Below, in pieces: positions 12,771 to 23,917 of a DNA stretch of 41,437 nucleotides (its first letter is position 1; each line of letters opens with the position of its first letter). The translations under genes and the position numbers were made by a program. The notes beneath the pieces were generated by a model. It saw only the letters and a list, made by a program, of their open reading frames with translations, was not told the origin of the DNA and made no database searches. This DNA comes from Octopus bimaculoides (lineage: Eukaryota): positions 48,642,767 through 48,684,203 of the forward strand of contig NC_068990.1 in the NCBI RefSeq assembly GCF_001194135.2. Reading direction: 5' to 3'.

Positions 12771-12847
12771 TTGCATTTCAGAATAATGACATTGTATTAG
12801 TAATACAATGTTGAACTCTTCAGTAAAAATGTAAGACAAAATGTAGT
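12771..12847 (-). CDS. Candidate internal exon (YILSYIFTEEFNIVLLIQCHYSEMQ)
   Basis: Acceptor ctaatttccag, donor CAA|gtaact, only one open frame (phase 1 to 0). Confidence 0.18.
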
Positions 12848-13170
12848 CTGGAAATTAGAGATGATTCAAAGTCTTTAACTTAAGAATGAAATTCTACTTA
12901 AAACAAAATGAATAATTGAGTAAATAACTTATTTTCTTCTTTTCACAAAAATGGCAAAACCCATTGCCTAATTTGTCAAGTAGTATGTAATGCCAAGGTA
13001 ATACACTCAAAAATGAAGTTTCACGGAACAATCTAATGAAGAATGCCTTACTCACAAACTTCAGTTATTTGTTCTAAATCCATTTTTCCATGCCAGTATG
13101 GGTTAGATGAATACTTATTATTGAGTTATTATTTTATAGCCAGGTCACTTTCTTTTTTGCTAATTCATAC

Positions 13171-13202
13171 CTGTTTCACAAAGAATCTTTTTCATGCTAC
13201 AT
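13171..13202 (-). CDS. Candidate 32-nt internal exon (CSMKKILCET)
   Basis: Strong signals: catttttgcag acceptor and CAG|gtatga donor. Only one open frame (phase 2 to 1). Confidence 0.25.
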
Positions 13203-13872
13203 CTGCAAAAATGCAGAGATTCAGGATGATTTGTTAATGGGGAATATCAACACATCATTTTTACTCGGGTTGTTTCATGTAAATAGTCACACAAGCATGC
13301 ACACATGCAAACACACACACACTATGCATGCACACACATCAGGCTACCTACAGCTTCCATGTACCATTTCTATTCACAGGAAATTAGTAGGTCCAAGGGC
13401 ACCATAAAAGACAACTGCTATGCAGTAAAATATAACTGAAAACTATATGGCTACAAAATGAACTCCCCCTCAGTCTTCAATGATTTTTTTTACACACACA
13501 AGAACAGAGAGTCACTATATATTAGAGTTAGTTTACACAAATTTTTAGAACTCCTTATATTTTCTTCTGAAAACTATTCAGCAGTCAATCTGTATGGCAT
13601 GTGTTGTAATCACACTTGTGCTCTTGTACACAAGAGATTAATATAATTATGCGAATGTTTGAATGTTACAGAATATAATTACTTCCAATTAATACAATTA
13701 TCAGAAATGTTTTGATCAAGTATTTCCTGATTGTAGCTAATCTCAATGTGTTTAAGCTCTCACCCACAATTTAACAATTTGGCTCTGAAAATACAGCTTT
13801 CTGCTATATAAAACAATAAACACACAATGCATATAGAGGCACTGAACTCCTTGCAGTTCTCCACTTCTCACT

Positions 13873-14976
13873 TTAACCCTTTGGCTACATAATTAAATTT
13901 CATGGCCATTCCTGTAATGATGTTAGTTATATCCCAAAAAATAGAATGAATATTTTTTTTTTCTGCAATACTTTTCCAATATCCCCTGTAGGTGCAGTTT
14001 TCATATTCACTCCAAGAAGTATTTAATTCTTGCTCTATAAAGAGGTATCTGATGAAGTATGTGAAAAAAAAAATTAAGAAAATCAGAAAAATTGTCTTTT
14101 GTAAAAAGTGTTACTGGAGGTATCTCTGCTTCTTGCAGCATAAGAAAGGTTTTTCCAAAGCCATTGGTTAAAACGATTTTTCACAGTTTAACAGTAATAA
14201 AATATCCACTTTCAATGTTCAAAATAGATTAAAGAAGTTTCTCATTACTTATACCAAATTAATAGGACAACTTGAACTCATCACCACAAGATAAAACATT
14301 TGTTAAACCATCTACATGCTGTTGTTGTAATTTATTGCCCACGAGTTTTCTCCTCTGTAGCTACAGCTGCATTTTATAGCCTTTATTCCAGGTACTTAAA
14401 AAGTGTAAACCAACTACTTTCAATTCAGAAAGAGGACAAACTTCTGTTTTCTGATGCCATCTTCCTTGTTCATACACTAACCACAAGTAATCAAGCTTTG
14501 AAATCAAACTTTTTTTTTTTTTTTACTGAATGAAAATGTTCGCTCCTGCATTTGAAGCTTTTCCGGAAGAAATCTTGTTAGACTAACTCAGATGATTTTG
14601 AAGGATTTACTCAGGCAGATATTGATGGTGAAATTATTTGAGGTGATGATGAGAACGTAAACTGTACTCAGAGTTATATTGAGAATGATGTACCAAGTGG
14701 ATACTATCATCCATGGTTGATGGATTTAAGGAAAGTACAGGCCTCGAGGGGGTACATTTCTGTGGGGCAACTCTTTTGTCTATTCCTTAATGCATTACAT
14801 AAAAATATTATTCATCCATCCCCTTATTAGTATACAAAAAATGAAGTCTGTACACACAATACAACGAAAAGTTATAACAATTCTAAAACAGCAGGTGCTC
14901 CTGTATTTTGCACCTTCAACAATAATGCAGTGGCAGGTAAACTATTCTTGGGGCAAATCAGTGTGCTAGAGGTTAA
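13873..14976 (+). mobile_element. piggyBac-type internally deleted element with an N-terminal transposase relic
   Basis: TTAA-ccctttggctac left end and gtgctagagg-TTAA right end (degenerate TIR). About 14536-14790 reads SDDFEGFTQADIDGEII*GDDEN...HPWLMD(F)..TG, matching the acidic N-terminus and W..F...GP motif of piggyBac transposases. Confidence 0.55.
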
Positions 14977-15294
14977 TTATACAGTACTCTCACTGTGAAC
15001 AGTATTGAGATATATTTACACATTACAGCTATTATAGTTAGGTGGAATGTCTTAGTGGGTGCTAAGTGTTTTTTCAACATGAACATCAGAAAGATTTTGT
15101 AAATGGCACATTAACCATTAAACTATCAACTATATGCTTGATACCCAATCAAATAAGCTGATTGCAGTTTAATAATGATTTCTTTAGAAGCATTAAGCTG
15201 ATTTTGAAAAGGAAATGAGGAGTCCAAATGTTCATGCATTACCAGTGGCATTAGTTTCTAATGCTGATATGAAGTTTGAGATTTTTTTAGAGGA

Positions 15295-15740
15295 AGGTAC
15301 AGGAATGTCTATGTAGTAAGAAGTATGTTTCCCAACCAAATGATTCTAGGCTCAGTCTCACAGTGTGGCACCTTGGGTACCACTGTGTAGCACCTTCTAC
15401 TACAGTCCTGGGTCAACTAAACCTTGGTAGACAAAACTGAAAGATGCCCATCATTTATATATGTATGTATGTGAGTGGGTAGGTGGGTGGATGAATGGAT
15501 AGATAGATAGATAGATATGTGTGTTACTGTTTCTTTGCTTTGGCATTGCATGATAGTTGTAAACAAGTGCCATCTCTTGCAAGTGGTGTGAAAGCATGTA
15601 TGGTCATAGGGAAATATTATCTTACTTGGGAACAGAGGAAGGTTGGCAACAGGAAGGGCATCCAGCAGTAGAAAATCCGCCTAACAAATTTCATCTGATT
15701 CATGTGAGCATAGAAAAGTGGACATTAAAATGATGATGAA
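15295..15740 (+). mobile_element. Full-length composite SINE with RTE-tailed right arm
   Basis: Head, left arm, (GATA)n-containing spacer, right arm gatagttgtaaac...ggcaacaggaagggcatccag...atgatgat. Confidence 0.75.
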
Positions 15741-15814
15741 TGGAATGAAAAGTTAGGATGTTCATACATCTTCTCAAAAGGCATTAAAAGCATAACAAAA
15801 CAGATTAAAACATC

Positions 15815-16185
15815 ATTTATTCTTTCTTTGGTTTCACTTACTGGACTGCAGTCACGATGGGTTAATACTTTCAATGATTTAGTCAATCATATAACTTAGT
15901 GGTTTGACAAAAGAAACCAACAGAATAAGTACTAGAGTTGATTTATTTGACTAAACCCTGCAAAGCAGTGCACCAGCATGGCCACAGTTCAATAAGTGAA
16001 ACAAGTAGAAGATATACATACACACACGAACAAGCTGTCATACAGTTTTTGTCAACTAAATTTAACTCACAAGGCATTGGGTGACCTGAAGTTCTAGAAG
16101 ACAAAGTTCCCCTACATTGGGTCCAAAACCTGAAACTATGTGGTTGCAAAGCAAATTTCTTCACTACAGAGTCATGTCTGCACCT
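15815..16185 (-). mobile_element. Composite SINE with the non-RTE right arm
   Basis: Diverged match to 8001-8462 along its full length. Confidence 0.7.
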
Positions 16186-16571
16186 GTAAGGAAATATAAA
16201 CTTAATACCTACAGATAAGATATTCTCTACAAAAACCATTTTCCAAGACAAGATTCCATTATTTCATATTGATTTTCCCCAGATTATTTCGTCAGGTTTT
16301 AGAAACTGTGAGGCTGGTATTGCCAAATGTTTTAAATATCATCAAATCGTTAACCACTCAAGTAGAAAAAAATATTGGCATTTATTAAAAAAATAGGTAG
16401 GTTTGATTCGGTTCCAATATTTTTTTAACATCAGAAATAATTGCTGTACTGTTCAATGTAGAGATTTTGAAAAAATATTAGTTCACCTAACATTATTCTT
16501 AGGCCAAGCAGACAAGAGAGGCAAAGCTAGATGTTTATGCTATGGTAGGCTTCTTCAATAGAAGTACATAC

Positions 16572-16635
16572 GACCTTTGCCATAGCTTGCTGCCTAATTT
16601 TCTAGTCACCGTATTTAATTTTGCTGTGGTCATTT
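16572..16635 (-). CDS. Candidate internal exon (MTTAKLNTVTRKLGSKLWQR)
   Basis: Acceptor ttttcaacatcag, donor GTC|gtatgt, only one open frame (phase 1 to 2). Confidence 0.18.
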
Positions 16636-18039
16636 CTGATGTTGAAAACATTGGAAATAATCAAAGTCAACATTTTATTACTTAAATATACAGTCATAGT
16701 CTCTTTATGATTATATTTTCTTATAGGCTAAAAAGTAAAGTATCTTTCTTTCTAAGTACAACACAATGTGCCTTTCAGATTAATAAGCTAGTATGAATCC
16801 TTAGCCATTGTATACTATTAATTGTTTCTTTTTTTTCTTTTCTTTTTTTTTTGATATATTAGAAAGTAGATTTTCTAATAGAAGTAACCTAAATATATCA
16901 CTAGTACATATTTCATTGGCCCTCAGTCTATGAATGGTAGCCCATTTCAGAAGAAAACAACAGAACCAAATTACAGTAAAACATGTTCACAATTCATCCA
17001 CTCATGGCATATCTTGTCCACATTCATCTCTCTGCATTACCTGAAAAAATATAAAAAGGAGTCAGAAATGACAATGAACACTGAGCTTTCGTCCACAACC
17101 ACTAGTTCACTGAATCTACCGTCCCACTCTATCTCATTTCTACAACTCACAAACCACAAATTAGACATTTTGTTCAGTCCTCTCTCTCCAGAGTTGCTTT
17201 CCTCAAGAACTGCATGCCAACCAGTGTGTTTCCAGCAGGTATCAACCTACAGAAGTTTAAGCTAAACATCAGTCACAACAACTTACCAAAGACACATGAG
17301 CAGGGCTCCTACTATAACTAAACATTTTCTTTTCTTTTTATTTTTAAGCATCAGTACGTTAAATTTCTTGAAAATTCTTTATGTAAATGTTGGAATATTT
17401 GTGTTGATAATATTCTATTCAAATTTCGAAGAGTTTGCAAAGATTTCATATGAATTATCTGAATTCTGATGAAACAACCAATAAATTAAACAACAATAAA
17501 TTTTACAAATAAACCCACTTTTGATAAAATTATCATTTAGTGAAACATAAATAGCAGAATTTCAGACTGCACAGTATTATAGAGAAAACTAGTGAACAAA
17601 GAACTGCTATAAAAATTATAGATATCAATGACAATAATTTGATGCTTATCTATAAAAAAAAAATGGGGGGAAAATGAAAATATAAAACAAAGTAAAAACA
17701 GTTTGCTATAGCTAAATGGTTTTCTATTACAAATACTTGAGTAAATTTGAGTACAATCTAAAACAGATTATCAGTGAAATGTTACATCTGATTTCCAAGC
17801 ATCTAAAGTTACATCTAATTTCCATCCAAATAATCCAAGCAATCACTAACTTCAAAAAAATAATAAAAAGGAACAGTTTAAGATAAAAATTATCTCTGTG
17901 AATGTAAACATTTCTATGAGAAGATATTTTCATATTTATTACATAATTTTGTTTTAGAATTATATAAAAACAATATATTCAAAAATAATAAGTTAGAGTT
18001 TTCTTTAAGAGATTCCATATAAAAGAAGTTTTCATCACC

Positions 18040-18235
18040 TTAACCCTTTTCCCACCATAATTCTGTTAATTTGTTCCTATAAATTTTGAAACTAATAAAA
18101 AAAAATTAGGAAAATAACATCGTCATTATTTAGCTGGTGTTTGGAACATAACATGAAATTTTGATGGAAGTGTTTAATCTAGACCTCTTTAAAACCAGGG
18201 ATAGTCACAGGAGGGTTGGTATCAAAAAGGGTTCG
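18040..18235. mobile_element. TTAA-type (piggyBac-like) MITE
   Basis: TTAAccctttt...acc left end and ggtatcaaaaaggg-ttcg right end (TSD decayed). Confidence 0.65.
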
Positions 18236-18501
18236 TTTTGACTTTGCTGGAGATATTGTAGCGCATATATATTTTGTTAATATACATACATATATTAACA
18301 AAATAGCACACTTAAAAAGTAAAATAAACTGAAAGCAAATATGACCATTTGCAATAAATATTATCGTAGAAATAATTAGAGTTAAAAGTATTTGACAAAT
18401 ACTTTTAATTCCATATTTTTTATTTAACTAAAATATATTACAACAGTCTTAAGAAAATACTTCAAAAAGCAATTCTTAGTATTCATATTAACATTCTAAA
18501 C

Positions 18502-18645
18502 CAGTCATGGCAAGTTGCAGTCCGCAGGACTTTCTGAGAGGAATGCCTGATGAAAATTTACCTTGATTTCTTTAGTGGTGTGACTCGCCCGATGATAAGC
18601 CATATCCCATACAGCCCACTTCTTCAAAGAGGTTGTTGATACCTG
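18502..18645. mobile_element. 144-bp hAT-type MITE
   Basis: Perfect 8-bp TSD TTCTAAAC (18494-18501 and 18646-18653). CAG...CTG termini with degenerate TIRs (cagtcatggcaagtt / aggttgttgatacctg). A related fragment lies near 6671-6710. Confidence 0.85.
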
Positions 18646-19199
18646 TTCTAAACCATTATTATCTGATTCCTATAATTATGATAGTTAACAACTTATAGGG
18701 TTTTGGGGGTTGTTTGGGGGGTTTCTTTTATCATTTAATTTAGTTGGAACAGAAGACAGTGCCTATGACCCTTTACAGTGGAAAAAGAGAATACGGTATC
18801 TTCAACCAGAAATCTAATTCAAATACAGCAGACAAGACTCTGATAAAGGCATTGAAGATGCCAGGTGGTGATGTTAAACCAGGCAGCAGTTTAAGTCAAT
18901 TATCCAAGAACCATGGTAGGATCTGAACACAGAATGAAAAGAGACAGAAAAAATACCACAAGGCACCTGGTCCACTGTTCTTACAGTTCCATTTATCCAC
19001 TCCCTCCAATTTACTGCTTTAAATTCAAACTTATATATTTTTTCTTATTCAGAAACTGATGGATACAAATTCTGGGCAATGATAGTTCAGTTGATAGAAA
19101 GTGAAAGCTCTCAACCAAAAAGCAGTTGTAAACAAGAGGTGTTACACATTAGTAATGTGCTAGAAACAGGTTCCATACTTTGAATTACACTCAAATATG

Positions 19200-19421
19200 T
19201 TAGCTCTTTTACTGCAGGAATCAGATATATCCATTCAAAATTTCATTACCACCAATCTATCTTTTGTTGAAAAATGTCATATCTTAAACTATTTTCTATT
19301 GAGATATGTGAACTTTACTGAAGCAACATGATTTGCAGAAAATACCATTCTGTTTTTGATAGATATTTAACATAACTACTAGAATAACCGTGAAATTTAA
19401 ATTTTGCAGTAAAAGGGTTAA
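19200..19421. mobile_element. TTAA-type MITE, second family
   Basis: TIR ctcttttactgca / tgcagtaaaaggg (12/13 match) with ttag / TTAA flanks. Paralogous to 38799-39048. Confidence 0.8.
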
Positions 19422-20354
19422 TAGTCATATTGAACTAATTACTGCTTTGCTAAGTTCTTATAATTACATTTTGATAAATATGAAAGACTACTTGATAGCT
19501 GAAGTAGACTTGATTTAACTAACTAAATTAGCTCTTTAGTACTAAAATATTAACATTTCAAGGAAAACAAAAACAAATATGCATCAAAAGAATTCTCATT
19601 ATATTAAATTTTATTTCCTTTTTATATTTTTCTAAAGTAAAAAAACAGTCATAAACTTAGATAATCAAATTCAATACATAACAACTGAATGTTTAGTGTA
19701 CTCTAAACTCACTTATGAAGATAAGAGAGTGACAATGACAAAAACCTACAATAAAAACTCATCACTTAAAAAATAAAGAAACTATCAGCATTATTATATC
19801 AACTAAAGAACTTTTCTCCCCTCTTCCTTGAGAGTCACTAATAAATACCACTAATTNNNNNNNNNNCCTTGACTTATTCATTCAAATCATTTTTGATCTC
19901 TATTGAGAAACCCTGGCTACCTTGGACAAAAATAGGAAAAAATTTGATGAGAAGCCAAAAATTTTTAATATTTTCAAATTGCAAAGTACAGTGGGGCAGT
20001 ATCTTTCAAAACATTCCAAAGTAGCTTAGTGATGGAAACACATTCAAAGCTTAGATCTTAATTAATGAGAAGTGTAAATATGATTTTTTTAGATATTATT
20101 TATAATCAATGATTTTTCTTTTAGTGCTCTCATGCTTTTGAATTTTCACATTTGTCATTTGTTTTGAACATGGAGATAATGATTTCATTATCACTTCCCA
20201 AGTCACTTAATTTAATCACACAATGTGATTCATATAAATGAAATGCAGTTTCAAATGCTCACAGGAGTTCTAATACATGTATAAACGTAATTTTCCTTTG
20301 AAAATGTTGTAAGAGTTGCATATATATTGAGAAGATAGTTACTTTAAGAGTGAA

Positions 20355-20685
20355 GGCGCATGGCTCAGTAATTAAGACTTTAATCTTACGACCGTGAGGT
20401 TGTGAGTTCAAATCCCAGACCAGGCTGCATGTTGTGTTCTTGAGCAAGACACTTTATTTCACGTTGCTTCAGTTCACTCAGCTGTAGAAATGAGTTGCGA
20501 CATCACTGGTGCCAAGCTGTATCAGCCTTTGCCTTTCCCTTAGATGACATCGGTGGCATGGAGACGGGAGGATGGTATGCATGGGCAGCTGCTGGTCTTC
20601 CATAAATGACCTTGCCCAGACCTGTGCCTTGGAGGGTAACTTTTTAGGTGCAATCCCATGGTCATTTGTGACCGAAGGGGGTCTC
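20355..20685 (+). mobile_element. tRNA-derived SINE, separate family
   Basis: A-box tggctcagtaatt, B-box gagttcaaatccc, central gtgttcttgagcaagacacttta motif. Second copy at 35885-36060. Confidence 0.8.
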
Positions 20686-21136
20686 CACAATTACTTTAAG
20701 TTAAAATTAGGCCCATGCAACTAAAACAATTATGTGAAAAGCATTATGAACAGCAGCCTAACTTACATATTCAATAATAATTTCGTCAGATGAGAGACCC
20801 AACCCAAGTGTTTACGATTCAGATGTGAACATTATCATTTAACATCTACTCTTTCTTGCTTACATGACTCAGAAGGAATTTGTTGATGCATATTTTCTAC
20901 AGTTGGATGCCCTTCATGCCACCAAGGCAACATAATATTTCCCATGGCCAGACAAGTCTTCCATAGAAAACTGGAAATGAGCAACATAGTTTGTATCGCA
21001 GTGGTACACATTTACAACCATCACATGATGTTGGGACAAGGATACAAACACACACATATGTATATATACATATATACAATGGGCTTCCTTCAGCTTCTAA
21101 TAACTAAATCCACTGACAAAGTTTTGCTCATCTCGA

Positions 21137-21813
21137 GGTTACTGGGATCTTGTTCAAAACGGGGGCACTAGTATTTTCTTAACGAAACACTTTGAAACTT
21201 GGGACACTGGTAGAATGTGTCATATAAAACATCTTTTTCTCTTAGTCTTCTTAACAAAAAAACGTACATTGCAAGTTATTTCATGTTAAAGTTGTCGTAT
21301 TTCTGTAATTTCAACCAATGACTGACGTCCATTCAGCCGTAAAAATTAAGTGCTGACGGCGTAAACAAACGATTCTCGGTGGTGATAAAATTATTATTTC
21401 CTTGTCAAAAAATGGCTGAAGCATATTGGCAGTAGCTAATAAACCTTTCTATTATAGGCACAAGGCATGGTTTTTGAGGGAAGGAGCAAGTCAATTAGGG
21501 TTAGGGTTAGGGAAAACGAACACACGTGTGTTGCCTCTGCAAAATGTCAGAAGTAATGGAGATTAAATACGCTTTACACCGCTTAAAGTGCCAAAGGAGT
21601 AAGTGTAAACAGCTGAATACTTGTCAGTGATTGGTTGAAATTATCGAAATAAGACAATTTTTTACATGAAATAAATCCGAATACAAACATTTTTTTCTGT
21701 TCTATAACACAAAATAGATAAGTATACGAAGTTTGAAAGTCTTTCGGTACCAAAAACACTACATAAAACATAAATGAAAACTGGTGCCCCCGTTTTGAAC
21801 AAGATCTGTAACC
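21137..21813. mobile_element. Non-autonomous DNA transposon (MITE), superfamily unresolved, inserted in a minus-strand SINE
   Basis: Perfect 23-bp IR gatcttgttcaaaacgggggcac (21146-21168 / 21784-21806), extendable to ggttac/gtaacc. Internal 19/20 IR at 21307-21326 / 21623-21642. CpG-rich. TSD unclear. Confidence 0.85.
21495..21512 (+). repeat. (TTAGGG)3 interstitial telomere-type repeat
   Basis: Directly visible. Confidence 0.9.
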
Positions 21814-22304
21814 CAAGATCTGTAACCCAAGATTCCAAGCAATGGATCAGAAACAGAGACCATGTGGTTGGGAAACAAACTTCTAAACTACACAGCCAGA
21901 ATATATATATTCTGCACCAGAATATATTAAAGAGAAAATTTCTATTACATCTTGATTAATGTTCCAGCATGTCCCTAGCTAACTGGAACCAGTTAAATAA
22001 GTAAATGGTAGAGGAGAGATTGGAATTGAAGAAAGACTAAAAATAATATAAATAGGAAAATTTGCATTGTATTTCTGCTACTGATGAAAACTTTCAGAGA
22101 AATCTCTTTTGTTCAGGACTTTTCATGAAATGAAATTTTGAAAACTAATTACTGGTTGTTATTTTATTTCTAATATATCTTCAAACTACACTAGACTTGA
22201 CTAATAAAGTCAAGGAGATGCACTTTTAATGGAGAATTTCATTTCTTTTTTTCTTACTCCATGTACTAAAAAAAAGAATTGCTTTATAATCATGAGCTCT
22301 TTAT

Positions 22305-22902
22305 CATGAGCTTCCCAACCACATGGTTCTGGGTTCAGTCCATTGCATGGTACTTTGGGCAAGTGTCTTCTACTATAGCCACAAGCCAACCAAAGCCTTA
22401 TGAGTGGATTTGGTAGACAGACACTGAAAGAAGCCTATCACATATATATGTATAAATGTGTGCGTGTGTGTTTGGTTGTCAGGTGGTGGTGGGGGACAAA
22501 CAAAGACACACGCACATGTATACATATATATGTGATGGGCTTCTTTCAGTGTCTGTCTACCAAATCCAATGTTACTGATCCCAGTTCATACTGGTACTTT
22601 ATCAGTCCTAAAAGAATGAAAGACAAAGTTGACCGCAGCAGGATTTGAACTCAAAATGTAAAAAAATCAAAACAAAGATTCCAGGCCATTAAATCCAACA
22701 TATTAACAAGTCAAGCTGCTTCTCATTTAGACAGTGTTGGTGTGTTTGCATCCATGTAACTTAGTGGTTTGGCAAGGGAGACCAATTGAATAAGTACTAC
22801 GCATTAACAAAAATATATGTCCTGGGGTTGATTTGTTCAACTAAAAACCCTTCAAGGCAGTGTCCCAGCATGGCTGCAGTCAATGACTGAAACAAGTAAA
22901 AG
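22305..22902 (+). mobile_element. Composite SINE (non-RTE arm) rearranged by a fold-back duplication and a nested SINE fragment (about 22570-22730, minus strand)
   Basis: Head and left arm at 22305-22470. Right arm resumes at about 22730 and ends cagtcaatgactgaaacaagtaaaag. Confidence 0.75.
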
Positions 22903-22905
22903 ATA

Positions 22906-23845
22906 TCCAAGCTCTGATCAATAAGTATCTGTACTGTTGCCATAGTACTGAAGCTAAAGCATACAGAGTAAAGCCACTTGGCATAGTCACAGATATTTAC
23001 TCATAATCAACTTTTATTTCCTGTCTTACGAGTGTTCAATGTGGCCACCACCTGCAGCATGAACTCTACTGTGCATGTGCACTACGTTTTAAAGTTCTAA
23101 TTCACTTCCACTGTTTACAGCAGTGCTTGGAAGGAAGGTGTGTAGCGTGTGATCATCACATTGACCATGACAGAGAAAGTTGTCAGGATGATACTGTTCA
23201 GAGGCCTACACAAAGTTGCAGAAAGTGTATGGAGGGGAGTGTATGAGCTGCATACAAGTGGCTCAGATGTTTCCAAGATGGCTGAAAAATGTCGATATTG
23301 ATGAACATTCTGGGAGACCTGCAACCAGCAGAACTGAGAAAAACATTGCAGATGTGTGAGCAGCTGTGAGGGGAAAATCATCGAATCACCATCCATGAGT
23401 TATCAGAGGATGTGCAGATTAGCTACAGTTCAGTTCAGTCCATTATCTCTGAAGATTTAGGTATGAGACACATGTCTGCCAAGTTTGTGCCAAAACTGCT
23501 TTCAGCTGACTAAAAAGACACTCAGGTTTCAGCTGCACAAGATCTCCTTGATAGTGTCAAGAATGATGAAAGCTTTGTGTAGGCCTCTGAGCAGGTATCA
23601 CTAAGCTTTCGGTAAAACTTGATGCAGATTCTCTGTTCAACTTTCTCTATCATGGTTAATGCGACGATTATACACCCCACACCTTTCAAACACTGCTGTA
23701 AACAGCAGAAGAGAGCTAGAACATTAAAACTTAGTGCACATGCACAGCAGAGTTCAAATTCAGTCTGTGTCAAATGGCTTCACTCTGCATGCTTTAGCTT
23801 TGTTACTATGGCAACAGTCCAGATACTTATTGATCAGACCATGTG
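22906..23845. mobile_element. mariner-derived fold-back MITE (both arms are the element's 5' end)
   Basis: TA flanks. Arms 22906-23215 and 23573-23845 are inverted copies (ctgatcaataagtatctg...) containing the 5'UTR and first transposase codons. Confidence 0.9.
23167..23580 (+). pseudogene. mariner transposase N-terminal (HTH) pseudogene fragment
   Basis: MTEKV..AYTKLQKVYG..DEHSGRPATSRTEKNI..NHRITIHELSEDVQISYSSVQSIISEDLGMRHMSAKFVPKLL (WVP..L-type motif). Contains stops and frameshifts. Confidence 0.9.
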
Positions 23846-23847
23846 TA

Positions 23848-23903
<56 letters not shown>

Positions 23904-23917
23904 TACATACATACATA
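23846..23917. repeat. (TA)n/(CA)n/(CATA)n compound microsatellite between two TA-targeting MITEs
   Basis: Directly visible. Confidence 0.95.

Noticed and set aside
17130-17270. AFLKNCMPTSVFPAG as a Penelope N-terminus; similar weak hits near 28020-28080 and 38010-38220
   Set aside because: Too short and diverged to list as features; used only as weak support for the orientation finding.
17781-17824. 27-bp-period direct repeat (gttacatct[g/a]atttcca x2) and ORF 17727-17933
   Set aside because: Only two units, a simple local duplication; the ORF is AT-rich noise.
18562-18642. Initially read as a constitutive host exon
   Set aside because: It lies inside a TSD-flanked hAT MITE; kept only as a possible exonisation.
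19052-19139. Plus-strand candidate exon (TDGYKFWAMIVQLIESESSQPKSSCKQE)
   Set aside because: Good acceptor but weak donor (gtgtta), no partner exons and no recognised homology.
20355-20425. tRNA gene
   Set aside because: The A and B boxes continue into a SINE body, and no cloverleaf or acceptor stem forms.
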